A DNA stretch of 64,000 nucleotides from Alphaproteobacteria bacterium (GTDB taxonomy: Bacteria > Pseudomonadota > Alphaproteobacteria > Rs-D84), in the NCBI GenBank assembly GCA_024402765.1, contig JAKSTC010000002.1:34037-98036 (forward strand). The letters are read 5' to 3'. The notes beneath the pieces were generated by a model. The model ran no database searches. It was not told the origin of the DNA and was given only the letters and a program-made list of their open reading frames with translations. Positions 55,401 to 61,882 of this stretch are shown here, in pieces; the first letter of the stretch is position 1, and the number at the start of each line of letters is the position of its first letter. Position numbers and translations under genes: made by a program.

Positions 55401-55902
55401 GTTTGCAATCGGTGGCAAGGAAAGTGCCAAGAAAGATTTAGGTATGATTGCGATGATGTCGGGTGCATATGTTGCGCAAATTTCATTGGGTGCAAACCAA
55501 GCCCAGGCGATACATGCATTGCGAGAGGCAGAAAGTTTCAGCGGTCCGTCATTAATTTTGGCGTATGCCCCATGTATTGCGCATGGTTTTGCATTACAAA
55601 ACGGTGTGGAACACCAGCAACAGATGGTTCAAACAGGTGCATGGCCACTGTATCGTTTTGACCCGCGTTTAATAGGCGAGGGGCACTATCCATTAACCAT
55701 GGATTCGAATACAGATGATGTTTTGCCATTGGAAGAGTTTGTTAAAACAGAATCACGGTTTGGTGCAGCGCGGTCTGTGAACGCTAATTTTGATAATCTG
55801 ATTGCGCGTGCCAAGGAAAACAATAAATATAGAACTGAATTAAAGAAACACATTGCGCACTTTGCAATGGATAATGCAGAGCAGGGAGAAAATAAAAAAT
55901 GA
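52402..55902 (+). CDS. nifJ: Pyruvate:ferredoxin (flavodoxin) oxidoreductase
   Basis: 1166-aa single-chain PFOR. Two 4Fe-4S motifs (CIQCGKCSMLCPH, CTGCGVCVKNCP) and a TPP domain (GGDGWAYDIGYGGLDH). Confidence 0.95.
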   Translation: MASLIVDGNWAAADVAYRCVDFAAIYPITPSSTMGELADSWAFQHKKNIWGAIPKIIELQSEGGASGALHGALQMGAFATTFTASQGLLLMIPNMYKIAGEQTPFVMHVAARALATHALSIFGDHSDVMSVRGVGFAMLSSHNVQQAHDMAAIAHAATLRARVPFLHFFDGFRTSHEESRLTRIDDDVLQALLPSDLVLAARGRAMSPEHPMIRGTAQNPDVYFQGREAANPLYSATPDVVQSVMDEFAKLTGRKYGLVEYVGDKKAKYVIVAMGSACETIEETLDYLPSGLGLIKIHLYRPFPQKAFLKVLPKSVEQIAVLDRTKEPGSIGEPLYQDVKATVDCGIAVFGGRYGLGSKEFTPRDVKAIFEAMMRNNLHHNFTVGIDDDLSKLSLPTDKAFSIENKDVKTAILYGIGSDGTVGAVKNIVKIVGENSDLYPQSYAVYDSKKSGGLTASHIRFSEHPIKSEYLVESADFISVSNFMIAQRFDVFSALRPNGTVMINTSMAPDVAFANLPRGVQEHLMRSRANVYFLDANSAAQSLGLGNRINTFIMLNFFNLTKVIDPTVAAQSAKDAIEKTYRKKGMDVVQANWRAVDMAGNYLKKYTLPSSVSSFAPDFTPAMTNDAPAEIAGTLGEMAAGRGDDIPVSRFRVDGAFGAGQYPVGTAKYEKRGISEMVAHCDLEKCIQCGKCSMLCPHATIRIRAMNKDEADKARSAGVIVVPMKTPELGPDMYYTLTISPADCTGCGVCVKNCPVHALAMVNKNDIPDAQKEFDAALQIPDIPREKLNLNIPKHIELLPHYFEFPGACAGCGETPYIKLLSHLFGDRMIVANATGCSSIYGANLPTTPWTTDNDGRGPAWSNSLFEDNAEYGLGMRVALNQQRDALRGMLYELNIPDVENIFNAKSVSEQRQIKDDLIKQLSESKESRAATAIAMLDAIVDKSVWIIGGDGWAYDIGYGGLDHVLHSGENVNILVLDTEGYSNTGGQQSKSTPFGASMKFAIGGKESAKKDLGMIAMMSGAYVAQISLGANQAQAIHALREAESFSGPSLILAYAPCIAHGFALQNGVEHQQQMVQTGAWPLYRFDPRLIGEGHYPLTMDSNTDDVLPLEEFVKTESRFGAARSVNANFDNLIARAKENNKYRTELKKHIAHFAMDNAEQGENKK

Positions 55903-56330
55903 AAAAAATATTAGCATTGATGATTGGAATATTGGTAACGGTGGGGGGGTGTACGACAAAACATCGCGGGTATGTTTTCCCAGATGATTTGGAGACAAGT
56001 GTTGCAACAATTAAAACGGTTAAACAATTACAGGACAGAATTGGTGACCCCCAGGCCAGGACGATATATGGTGATGAAGTTTGGATTTATTTCAGCGGTG
56101 ACGAAAACTATCGTGGCCCATTAAAGCCCAGCCATACCAACGAAACGGTTCTGCTCGCGTGGATAAAGGGTCAAAAAGTGGTTAAGACCCAGGTTTTGCA
56201 TGATGTTGATTTGCCTGATATAAAGGTGGCGAATGGTGAAACAGTTGTACCTGCGGCAATTGAACTTAATGCGTTCCAGGAACTGTTTAACAACATTGGG
56301 CGTTTTTCACCCGCGGGTGTTGCACAATAA
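55899..56330 (+). CDS. BamE (SmpA/OmlA)-like lipoprotein
   Basis: Lipobox-like LVTVGGC. RGYVFPDD...IGDPQ resembles BamE. The start overlaps the PFOR stop (ATGA). Confidence 0.55.
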   Translation: MKKILALMIGILVTVGGCTTKHRGYVFPDDLETSVATIKTVKQLQDRIGDPQARTIYGDEVWIYFSGDENYRGPLKPSHTNETVLLAWIKGQKVVKTQVLHDVDLPDIKVANGETVVPAAIELNAFQELFNNIGRFSPAGVAQ

Positions 56331-56379
56331 AATTTGTTTTTTCATAAAAATGTGATATAATTGATGCGGAATAGAGAGA

Positions 56380-56970
56380 ATGGCAAGTGTCAAAGGTGTG
56401 CTTATGCCAAGTAAAAAATTAGATTTTAAAAACGGTCAATATGTTGTTTACCCAACCCAGGGTGTTGGCAAACTTGTTCGAACCGAAGAACAAATAATTG
56501 CTGGTCAAACGATTAAAATGTTGGTGATTGAGTTTGAACGTAATCATATGACATTACGTGTTCCTTTGGAACGTACGGAAATTTCTGGACTTCGCCCATT
56601 GTCGTCTGTGAAAAAAATGGATGAAGCGATTGCATCAGCCAAGGGACGTGCGGGTAGTAAACGTATGATATGGGCGCGTCGTGCTGCGCAGTACGAGGAA
56701 AACATTAATTCTGGTGATCCCATGAAATTGGCAGAGGTTGTGCGTGACCTGCAACGGCGCAGTGCAGCGGATACAATGACATTTTCTGCACGTCAGTTAT
56801 ATTTGCGTGCGTTGGAACGTATGGCACAGGAATTTGCGGTTTTGCACAAAATGGATTTAGAGGCGGCATCTGATAAAATCGAAGATATTTTGGGCGTGCC
56901 AAAGGAAATAGATTTAAATGCTGTAGATTCTGAATCTGATGAAGAGATAGAGGAAGAAGAAACAGAATAA
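56380..56970 (+). CDS. carD: CarD/CdnL family transcriptional regulator
   Basis: FKNGQYVVYPTQGVGKLV... with an acidic C-terminal tail. An alternative start at 56404 (MPSKK) is plausible. Confidence 0.85.
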   Translation: MASVKGVLMPSKKLDFKNGQYVVYPTQGVGKLVRTEEQIIAGQTIKMLVIEFERNHMTLRVPLERTEISGLRPLSSVKKMDEAIASAKGRAGSKRMIWARRAAQYEENINSGDPMKLAEVVRDLQRRSAADTMTFSARQLYLRALERMAQEFAVLHKMDLEAASDKIEDILGVPKEIDLNAVDSESDEEIEEEETE

Positions 56971-56972
56971 CG

Positions 56973-57003
56973 ACACGCACCATCCGGTGCGTGTTTTTTT
57001 TGT
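56973..57003 (+). terminator. Rho-independent terminator after carD
   Basis: acacgcacc-atcc-ggtgcgtgt plus a T-run. Confidence 0.75.
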
Positions 57004-57054
57004 TTAAAATTTTCTGATATATAATATAATGAACGCTGGCAAAGGAAATTTACT

Positions 57055-58047
57055 ATGACGGATATAAATAATCAAATTGCGATATATATTGCTGAAAATG
57101 GACAGACACAAATTGATGTTCGTGTCCAAGATGACACGGTATGGTTGAACCAGGAACAAATGTCGTTACTGTTCAACACAGATAGAAGTGCAATTACAAA
57201 ACATATAAAAAACATAATACAAGATTGTGAATTGGCGGAAAACGCAACTTGTGCCAAAATTGCACAAGTTCAAAAAGAAGGTAATAGAACGATAACTCGT
57301 AACGTAAATTATTATAACCTGGATATGATTCTGTCTGTGGGATATCGGGTAAAATCTAAAACTGCAACGCAATTTCGTATCTGGGCGACCAAAACATTAA
57401 AAGATTATTTGTTACAGGGTTATGTCGTAAATCAAAAAATGCTGTCCGAGCAAAAATCTAAGATGTTGATGTTGCAGAAAACCATTGATTTAATGACGCG
57501 CAGTATTGAAAATCAAACCTCCAATCTGGACCAGGCACAACAGGTATCACGTGTTCTGAACGATTTTGTCCAAGGGTTAAATTTATTGGACGATTTTGAC
57601 CATAAAACTTTGGACACAAACGGTAAAACCAAATCAACGGCAACCGTAATCGAACCAGATGAATTTTTATCTGTGGTTGATAAAATGAAGGGCAGTTTTG
57701 CCAGTGATGTATTTGCCAAACCCAAAGACGACAGTTTTTATAGTTCAATCGGTCAGATATATCAAACATTTGATGGCAAAGACCTGTATCCAACATTGGA
57801 AGAAAAAGCAGCGAATTTACTTTACTTGATTGTCAAAAATCACAGTTTTGTTGATGGTAATAAACGCATAGGTGCCAGTTGTTTTCTGTATTTCTTGGAT
57901 AAAAACAATATGCTATATGGTGATAACGGCCCGAATATCATAGATAGTGCGACATTATTTGCACTGACTTTATTGATAGCCGAAAGTAATCCGTCCGAAG
58001 CAGATACCGTCAAACAGGTTGTTATTAGTGTGTTAAATCGCGGATAA
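57055..58047 (+). CDS. RhuM-family protein with a C-terminal Fic/Doc domain
   Basis: N-terminus (IAIYIAENGQTQIDVRVQDDTVWLNQEQMSLLF...YYNLDMILSVGYRVKS..ATQFRIWAT) is RhuM-like. The C-terminus HSFVDGNKRIGASCFLYFL is an intact Doc-type motif. Confidence 0.8.
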   Translation: MTDINNQIAIYIAENGQTQIDVRVQDDTVWLNQEQMSLLFNTDRSAITKHIKNIIQDCELAENATCAKIAQVQKEGNRTITRNVNYYNLDMILSVGYRVKSKTATQFRIWATKTLKDYLLQGYVVNQKMLSEQKSKMLMLQKTIDLMTRSIENQTSNLDQAQQVSRVLNDFVQGLNLLDDFDHKTLDTNGKTKSTATVIEPDEFLSVVDKMKGSFASDVFAKPKDDSFYSSIGQIYQTFDGKDLYPTLEEKAANLLYLIVKNHSFVDGNKRIGASCFLYFLDKNNMLYGDNGPNIIDSATLFALTLLIAESNPSEADTVKQVVISVLNRG

Positions 58048-58090
58048 TAAGATTAACTTGTTGTATAACTTTTACAATTGTTGGTTATTT

Positions 58091-58133
58091 TGTGCTTACT
58101 CTCTTTTGTCATCCCGATGGCTATCGGGACCGC
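58091..58133. repeat. Palindromic repeat element (same family as 46612 and 62411)
   Basis: tgtgcttactctcttttgtcat followed by the hairpin cccgat-ggct-atcggg. Confidence 0.7.
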
Positions 58134-58150
58134 AAAAAATAAAAAAATAC

Positions 58151-58179
58151 TTGCGAAAAAAAATGTTATTGTTTAAAGT
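58151..58179 (+). promoter_or_regulatory. Sigma70-like promoter
   Basis: TTGCGA, 17-nt spacer, TAAAGT. Confidence 0.4.
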
Positions 58180-58185
58180 TGAGAA

Positions 58186-58409
58186 TAGAGTCCGATTGAC
58201 TTTGGACCTGGGCTGTAACAAGCTCTTTTAAGACCGGTGCGAAAGCATCGTTAATGTATTAATGGTGCTTTTGCACTGAAAGAATCCCCTGTATAATGTC
58301 GGGGGGCCGTTGGTGTATGCAATAGGGCGCATGCCTAAAGACCAATGGAATCACTGTCTTAAATGATTTGTTACCCCCCTGGCACCAATGCTTTGACCGG
58401 TCTATTTTT
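58186..58409 (+). ncRNA. Candidate structured leader RNA (unclassified)
   Basis: Closing helix agaccggt..aaagcat (58231-58248) pairs with atgcttt.accggtct (58388-58403) and encloses about 140 nt with several hairpins (gtgc-tttt-gcac, cccc..gggg, atgc..gcat). A T-run follows. Confidence 0.3.
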
Positions 58410-58488
58410 GGTGGCGTATTTACCACGCATTTATGCGCCACCATCAAATAAAACTGGTGGCGTATTTCCACGCATTTCTACGCCACCA
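58410..58488 (+). promoter_or_regulatory. Two tandem copies of the 32-nt GGTGGCGTA-N14-TACGCCACC hairpin
   Basis: Copies at 58410-58442 (one G:U pair) and 58457-58488 (perfect), directly upstream of the RBS of 58518..59396. Confidence 0.5.
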
Positions 58489-58517
58489 CCAAAGGTTAAA
58501 TTGGGGGGGCGAAAGGA

Positions 58518-59396
58518 ATGAAACGATTATTTGTTGTGTTATGTTTAACAATGATGATCGGAACATCGTTTGGTGCGACATGCCCGAATAATATGTCAGA
58601 AAGTTCTATATTCAGTGGGACATTTTCTTCTGTTTCCCCAGAAATGACATGCGGTTCCGGTTTTCAATTATTTGAATTACCAGAATCGATGGTTGTTTAT
58701 ACCAGTGGCCATGTAATGGCAAATCCAGAACCACTGTGTCCCATGGACCAGCATTGGGAAAATGGCGAATGTGTTCCGTATGTTCGTGGGATTTGTGATA
58801 ATGGTTTTTCCCAGGTTGCGGTTGACAATAGCACGTTTTACAAACTGGATGTGAACAACCAGTGCACATCTGGCTATCAAAGGGCGGACATTCCGACCAA
58901 TGTTGTATATGGCATTGTTAACGGCATATTGCTGGGGACGGGGGTGACGTTGTGTGGTGATGGTTATCGTATGGTTGGTGACACATGCACACCGTATAAT
59001 ACGGGTGATTGTCCGAACGGGATGTTTGCGTATGAACCGGGTGCGGATACTTTTTCAGCAATAGTAAATGGTGCGTGTGCTTCGGGTTATGAATTGGGGA
59101 TTGATAATAAATCGTGTGGTGATTCAACTGTCGCGGATGGCAAATGTGCGGTGTTATGTGATGCGGGCGAAAATTGGACATACGGTGGTGTATGTTCGGC
59201 GCGTTGCACGACGAATGGCATTCGGATATTGCATGCGGGGGATGTTGCGTTCCAGACGTATGCGAACAAAACGACAGAACATGCATTGGTGTTTGATAAT
59301 GGGGTGGGCCGTTGTTATGGCAACATGACGACGGGCCGCGCCAGTGGGACATTAAATGTGGATGTTCGTGGCACAACATGGCACGTAACAGAATAA
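58518..59396 (+). CDS. Secreted cysteine-rich protein (292 aa), first gene of the DGR target operon
   Basis: Signal peptide MKRLFVVLCLTMMIGTSFGA, whose 5' region is shared with 45737..46582. Repeated C-x-G/N...C units. Lies 20 nt upstream of the VR-bearing gene. Confidence 0.6.
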   Translation: MKRLFVVLCLTMMIGTSFGATCPNNMSESSIFSGTFSSVSPEMTCGSGFQLFELPESMVVYTSGHVMANPEPLCPMDQHWENGECVPYVRGICDNGFSQVAVDNSTFYKLDVNNQCTSGYQRADIPTNVVYGIVNGILLGTGVTLCGDGYRMVGDTCTPYNTGDCPNGMFAYEPGADTFSAIVNGACASGYELGIDNKSCGDSTVADGKCAVLCDAGENWTYGGVCSARCTTNGIRILHAGDVAFQTYANKTTEHALVFDNGVGRCYGNMTTGRASGTLNVDVRGTTWHVTE

Positions 59397-59416
59397 ATTA
59401 AACAAAAGGGGAAAAA

Positions 59417-59845
59417 ATGAAAAGGGGTGTAATATTAACGATTGTTGGTGCGGTGATGACGACCGCGACGTATGCGGGCACAATGTGCAGTAATAACGAC
59501 TATTTAACGGTTGTTTTAGACCCAACGATAGAGGGAACGACATATACATACAATGCGGGTGCGATGACATGGAAAACAGTGTTTCCGTATGGAAATGTAT
59601 CGGGTATTGCAGTATGTAACGACACATCGGGCAGTTATGCTGTATCATCAACAACGGAACAGGTGGAAACTGGTGGTAAAATGTGTTGGTGTAAGATGAC
59701 ACATCCGGCTGTTTCGCTTTGGGTGTTCCACCGCGCGTACTCGTCGTCTTCCGATTGCGCGGACTATTGCGCGAACTACTGCGGGCTCGCCGTCCAGCAC
59801 TACTCGGTCTTTCGTTCCGGCGTTTTTTCGTCGGTCGGCAAATGA
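59417..59845 (+). CDS. DGR target protein (142 aa, secreted) carrying the VR at its C-terminus
   Basis: Signal peptide. ...GKMCWCKMTHPAVSLWVFHRAYSSSSDCADYCANYCGLAVQHYSVFRSGVFSSVGK. The last 136 nt before the final Lys codon match the TR. Confidence 0.85.
   Translation: MKRGVILTIVGAVMTTATYAGTMCSNNDYLTVVLDPTIEGTTYTYNAGAMTWKTVFPYGNVSGIAVCNDTSGSYAVSSTTEQVETGGKMCWCKMTHPAVSLWVFHRAYSSSSDCADYCANYCGLAVQHYSVFRSGVFSSVGK
59704..59839 (+). repeat. DGR variable repeat (VR)
   Basis: Gap-free 136-nt alignment to 60106-60241 with 13 mismatches, all at TR adenines. Confidence 0.9.
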
Positions 59846-59966
59846 TGATAGGTATCACGCGAATCGCAAAACGAATCGCGTAACCACGCCAAAGCAGGGC
59901 GCAGGCGTGGCAAAAAAAGTTTCTGTGTGTGTTGCGCGTTATGCGTAACACACACAGCGAAGTGCG

Positions 59967-59998
59967 CCCCCACACACGCCATTTGGCGTGTGTGGGGG
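59967..59998. other. GC-rich perfect hairpin (14-bp stem, ATTT loop) downstream of the VR
   Basis: cccccacacacgcc-attt-ggcgtgtgtggggg. Confidence 0.7.
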
Positions 59999-60012
59999 GT
60001 GAAAACAAGGGG

Positions 60013-60037
60013 GTGACGGGGGAATTTCCCCCGTCAC
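60013..60037. other. GC-rich hairpin (10-bp stem)
   Basis: gtgacggggg-aattt-cccccgtcac. Confidence 0.7.
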
Positions 60038-60105
60038 AGAAAAGTTTCGGTGTAAAAAGCCGAAAAGGAGTGTATCGCTGTATACAGTTGTTGTCGTTTT
60101 CGGTT

Positions 60106-60241
60106 TCCGGCTGTTTCGCTTTGGGTGTTCAACAACGCGAACTCGTCGTCTTCCGATTGCGCGGACAATTGCGCGAACAACTGCGGGAACAACGTCCAGA
60201 ACAACTCGGACTTTCGTTCCGGCGTTTTTTCGTCGGTCGGC
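60106..60241 (+). repeat. DGR template repeat (TR)
   Basis: Non-coding copy of the VR in which the variable positions are AAC/AAT codons (..ttc AAC AAC gcg AAC .. gac AAT tgc gcg AAC AAC tgc ggg AAC AAC gtc cag AAC AAC tcg GAC ..). Confidence 0.9.
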
Positions 60242-60479
60242 TTCTTGGTGGTTTGGTATCTTTTTCGCCAGAAAAAGTTTTGCTAACTTGCGGGTCAATT
60301 GGAAAGCACTTTATGTGCGTGTACAACCTTTTCATCAAGGTGGAGCGATACGTCCTGTTGCCTGGGTTTAATCTTTAAATCCAGAACAACAAATACAAAA
60401 CGCAAGGGATATCTGGGCCAGTAGTTTATATCTGTATCGTGACGAAAGCCCGGGGTATCCGATTAAGAGAGAGAAAAAG

Positions 60480-60806
60480 ATGACAATAGATGAAATAAAA
60501 CAGGTCCAGACCCAGGAACGTCCGCGTTTTTCGGTCTTTGCACGGGATAAATTGCCAATGCCCGGGGTGAAAAAACGATTGGATGAAATATTAAATCGTG
60601 AAATTTTAATTACTGATTTCAGGGTAACAAATTCAAAACAACAACAAAACCGACACTGTCTGCAATTACAATTCGTTTTGGATGATGAAGTCTGTGTTTG
60701 TTTCACCGGCAGCAGTGTTTTACTTAACCAAATACAAGAAGCCAAAGATAATATCCCTTTTCACACAATCGTTGTAAAAATAGATAGATATTATTCTTTA
60801 TCCTGA
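60480..60806 (+). CDS. DGR-associated small ORF (108 aa), not recognisably Avd
   Basis: RBS agagagagaaaaag before the ATG. Its stop (60804-60806) is 2 nt before the RT ATG. The composition is not basic or helical in the way Avd is. Confidence 0.5.
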   Translation: MTIDEIKQVQTQERPRFSVFARDKLPMPGVKKRLDEILNREILITDFRVTNSKQQQNRHCLQLQFVLDDEVCVCFTGSSVLLNQIQEAKDNIPFHTIVVKIDRYYSLS

Positions 60807-60808
60807 TT

Positions 60809-61882
60809 ATGGGGGGCGGCATGAAAACTTATAAAAATCTGTGGGATAAATTCATTTCACGCGAAAATTTTGATTTGGCGGCAAAAAAAGCAATTAAAAG
60901 TAAGAAAAATAAACGTTGCACAAAAAAATTCTTGGAACACTATGACGAAAATATAGAAAAATTACGTCAATCTTTGATGGATGGAACATTTAAAACTTCG
61001 GAATACAGAATATTCAAAGTATATGAACCCAAAGAACGCGAAATCTATGAATTGCCGTTGTATCCTGATCATATCTTGCACCACGCGCTGATTAATATTT
61101 TGGGGCCAATTTGGAAAAATATGTTTATTTCTGATTCTTATGCTTGCATTCCGGACAAGGGTTTGCACGCTGCATCAAAACGCATTATGACGTTCGTGCG
61201 CAGAAATAAATATGTTTTACAATGCGATGTGAAAAAATTTTTCCCATCAATAAACCACGATATAATGATGAATATTATTCAACAAAAAATTAGTGACCGC
61301 CGCCTGTTGCGTGTTTTGGATAATATTGTCCGTTCGGTCGGTGGGGGAACAAATCTGCCCATTGGTAATTTAACCAGTCAATGGTTGGCAAATGTCTATC
61401 TGAACCAATTGGATATGTTTGTAAAGCACGAATTACATGTCCATGATTATTTGCGTTACTGTGATGATTTCTGTCTGTTCGGAAATAGCAAAAAACTGTT
61501 GCGTAAAATGGAATCTGAAATTGTGGTGTTTCTGGAAAATAAATTAAATTTGCGTTTGTCTAAATCTTGTATGCGTTTGGTGGCGGATGGCGTGAATATG
61601 ATTGGATACCGACATTTTAGGAATTTTATCTTGCTGCGGAAACGTTCTGTGCGAAATATCCGTAAACGACTATTTAATATCGCGCGCTATGATGATTATG
61701 GCGAACATTCTGTGGGACAAATCGCGTCCAGTTATGGGTGGCTTAAGCACGCTTCGTCATTTCATTTCCGACGAAGTTTATGTAATAAAATACGCGTATT
61801 CTCGGAATACGCGTATTTTTTTATCCTGTCCGGCATCTTACCAGACCGCATCCAAAACATTTGTGCGATATGTAGCATTTGA
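60809..61882 (+). CDS. DGR reverse transcriptase
   Basis: RT motifs, including LRYCDDFCLFG (YxDD) and PIGNLTSQWLANVYL (the DGR-specific motif 4). About 355 aa. An alternative start at 60821 (MKTYKNL) follows a GGGGGG RBS. Confidence 0.9.
   Translation: MGGGMKTYKNLWDKFISRENFDLAAKKAIKSKKNKRCTKKFLEHYDENIEKLRQSLMDGTFKTSEYRIFKVYEPKEREIYELPLYPDHILHHALINILGPIWKNMFISDSYACIPDKGLHAASKRIMTFVRRNKYVLQCDVKKFFPSINHDIMMNIIQQKISDRRLLRVLDNIVRSVGGGTNLPIGNLTSQWLANVYLNQLDMFVKHELHVHDYLRYCDDFCLFGNSKKLLRKMESEIVVFLENKLNLRLSKSCMRLVADGVNMIGYRHFRNFILLRKRSVRNIRKRLFNIARYDDYGEHSVGQIASSYGWLKHASSFHFRRSLCNKIRVFSEYAYFFILSGILPDRIQNICAICSI

Larger units (their letters stand above)
59417..61882 (+). mobile_element. Diversity-generating retroelement cassette (target/VR, hairpin spacer, TR, small ORF, RT)
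   Basis: See the VR, TR and RT features below: adenine-specific TR/VR mismatches plus a DGR-type RT. Confidence 0.88.

Noticed and set aside
59352-60378. Long ORFs of 218 aa (minus strand), 149 aa (plus strand) and 119 aa (minus strand) across the VR, spacer and TR
   Set aside because: They are open only because this stretch is GC-rich and stop-poor. They overlap the target CDS, the hairpins and the TR, and they have Arg/Pro/Ser-rich nonsense composition.
60480-60806. Calling the 108-aa ORF Avd
   Set aside because: It is neither strongly basic nor obviously all-helical, and I see no similarity to Avd-type sequences. It is kept as an unclassified accessory ORF.
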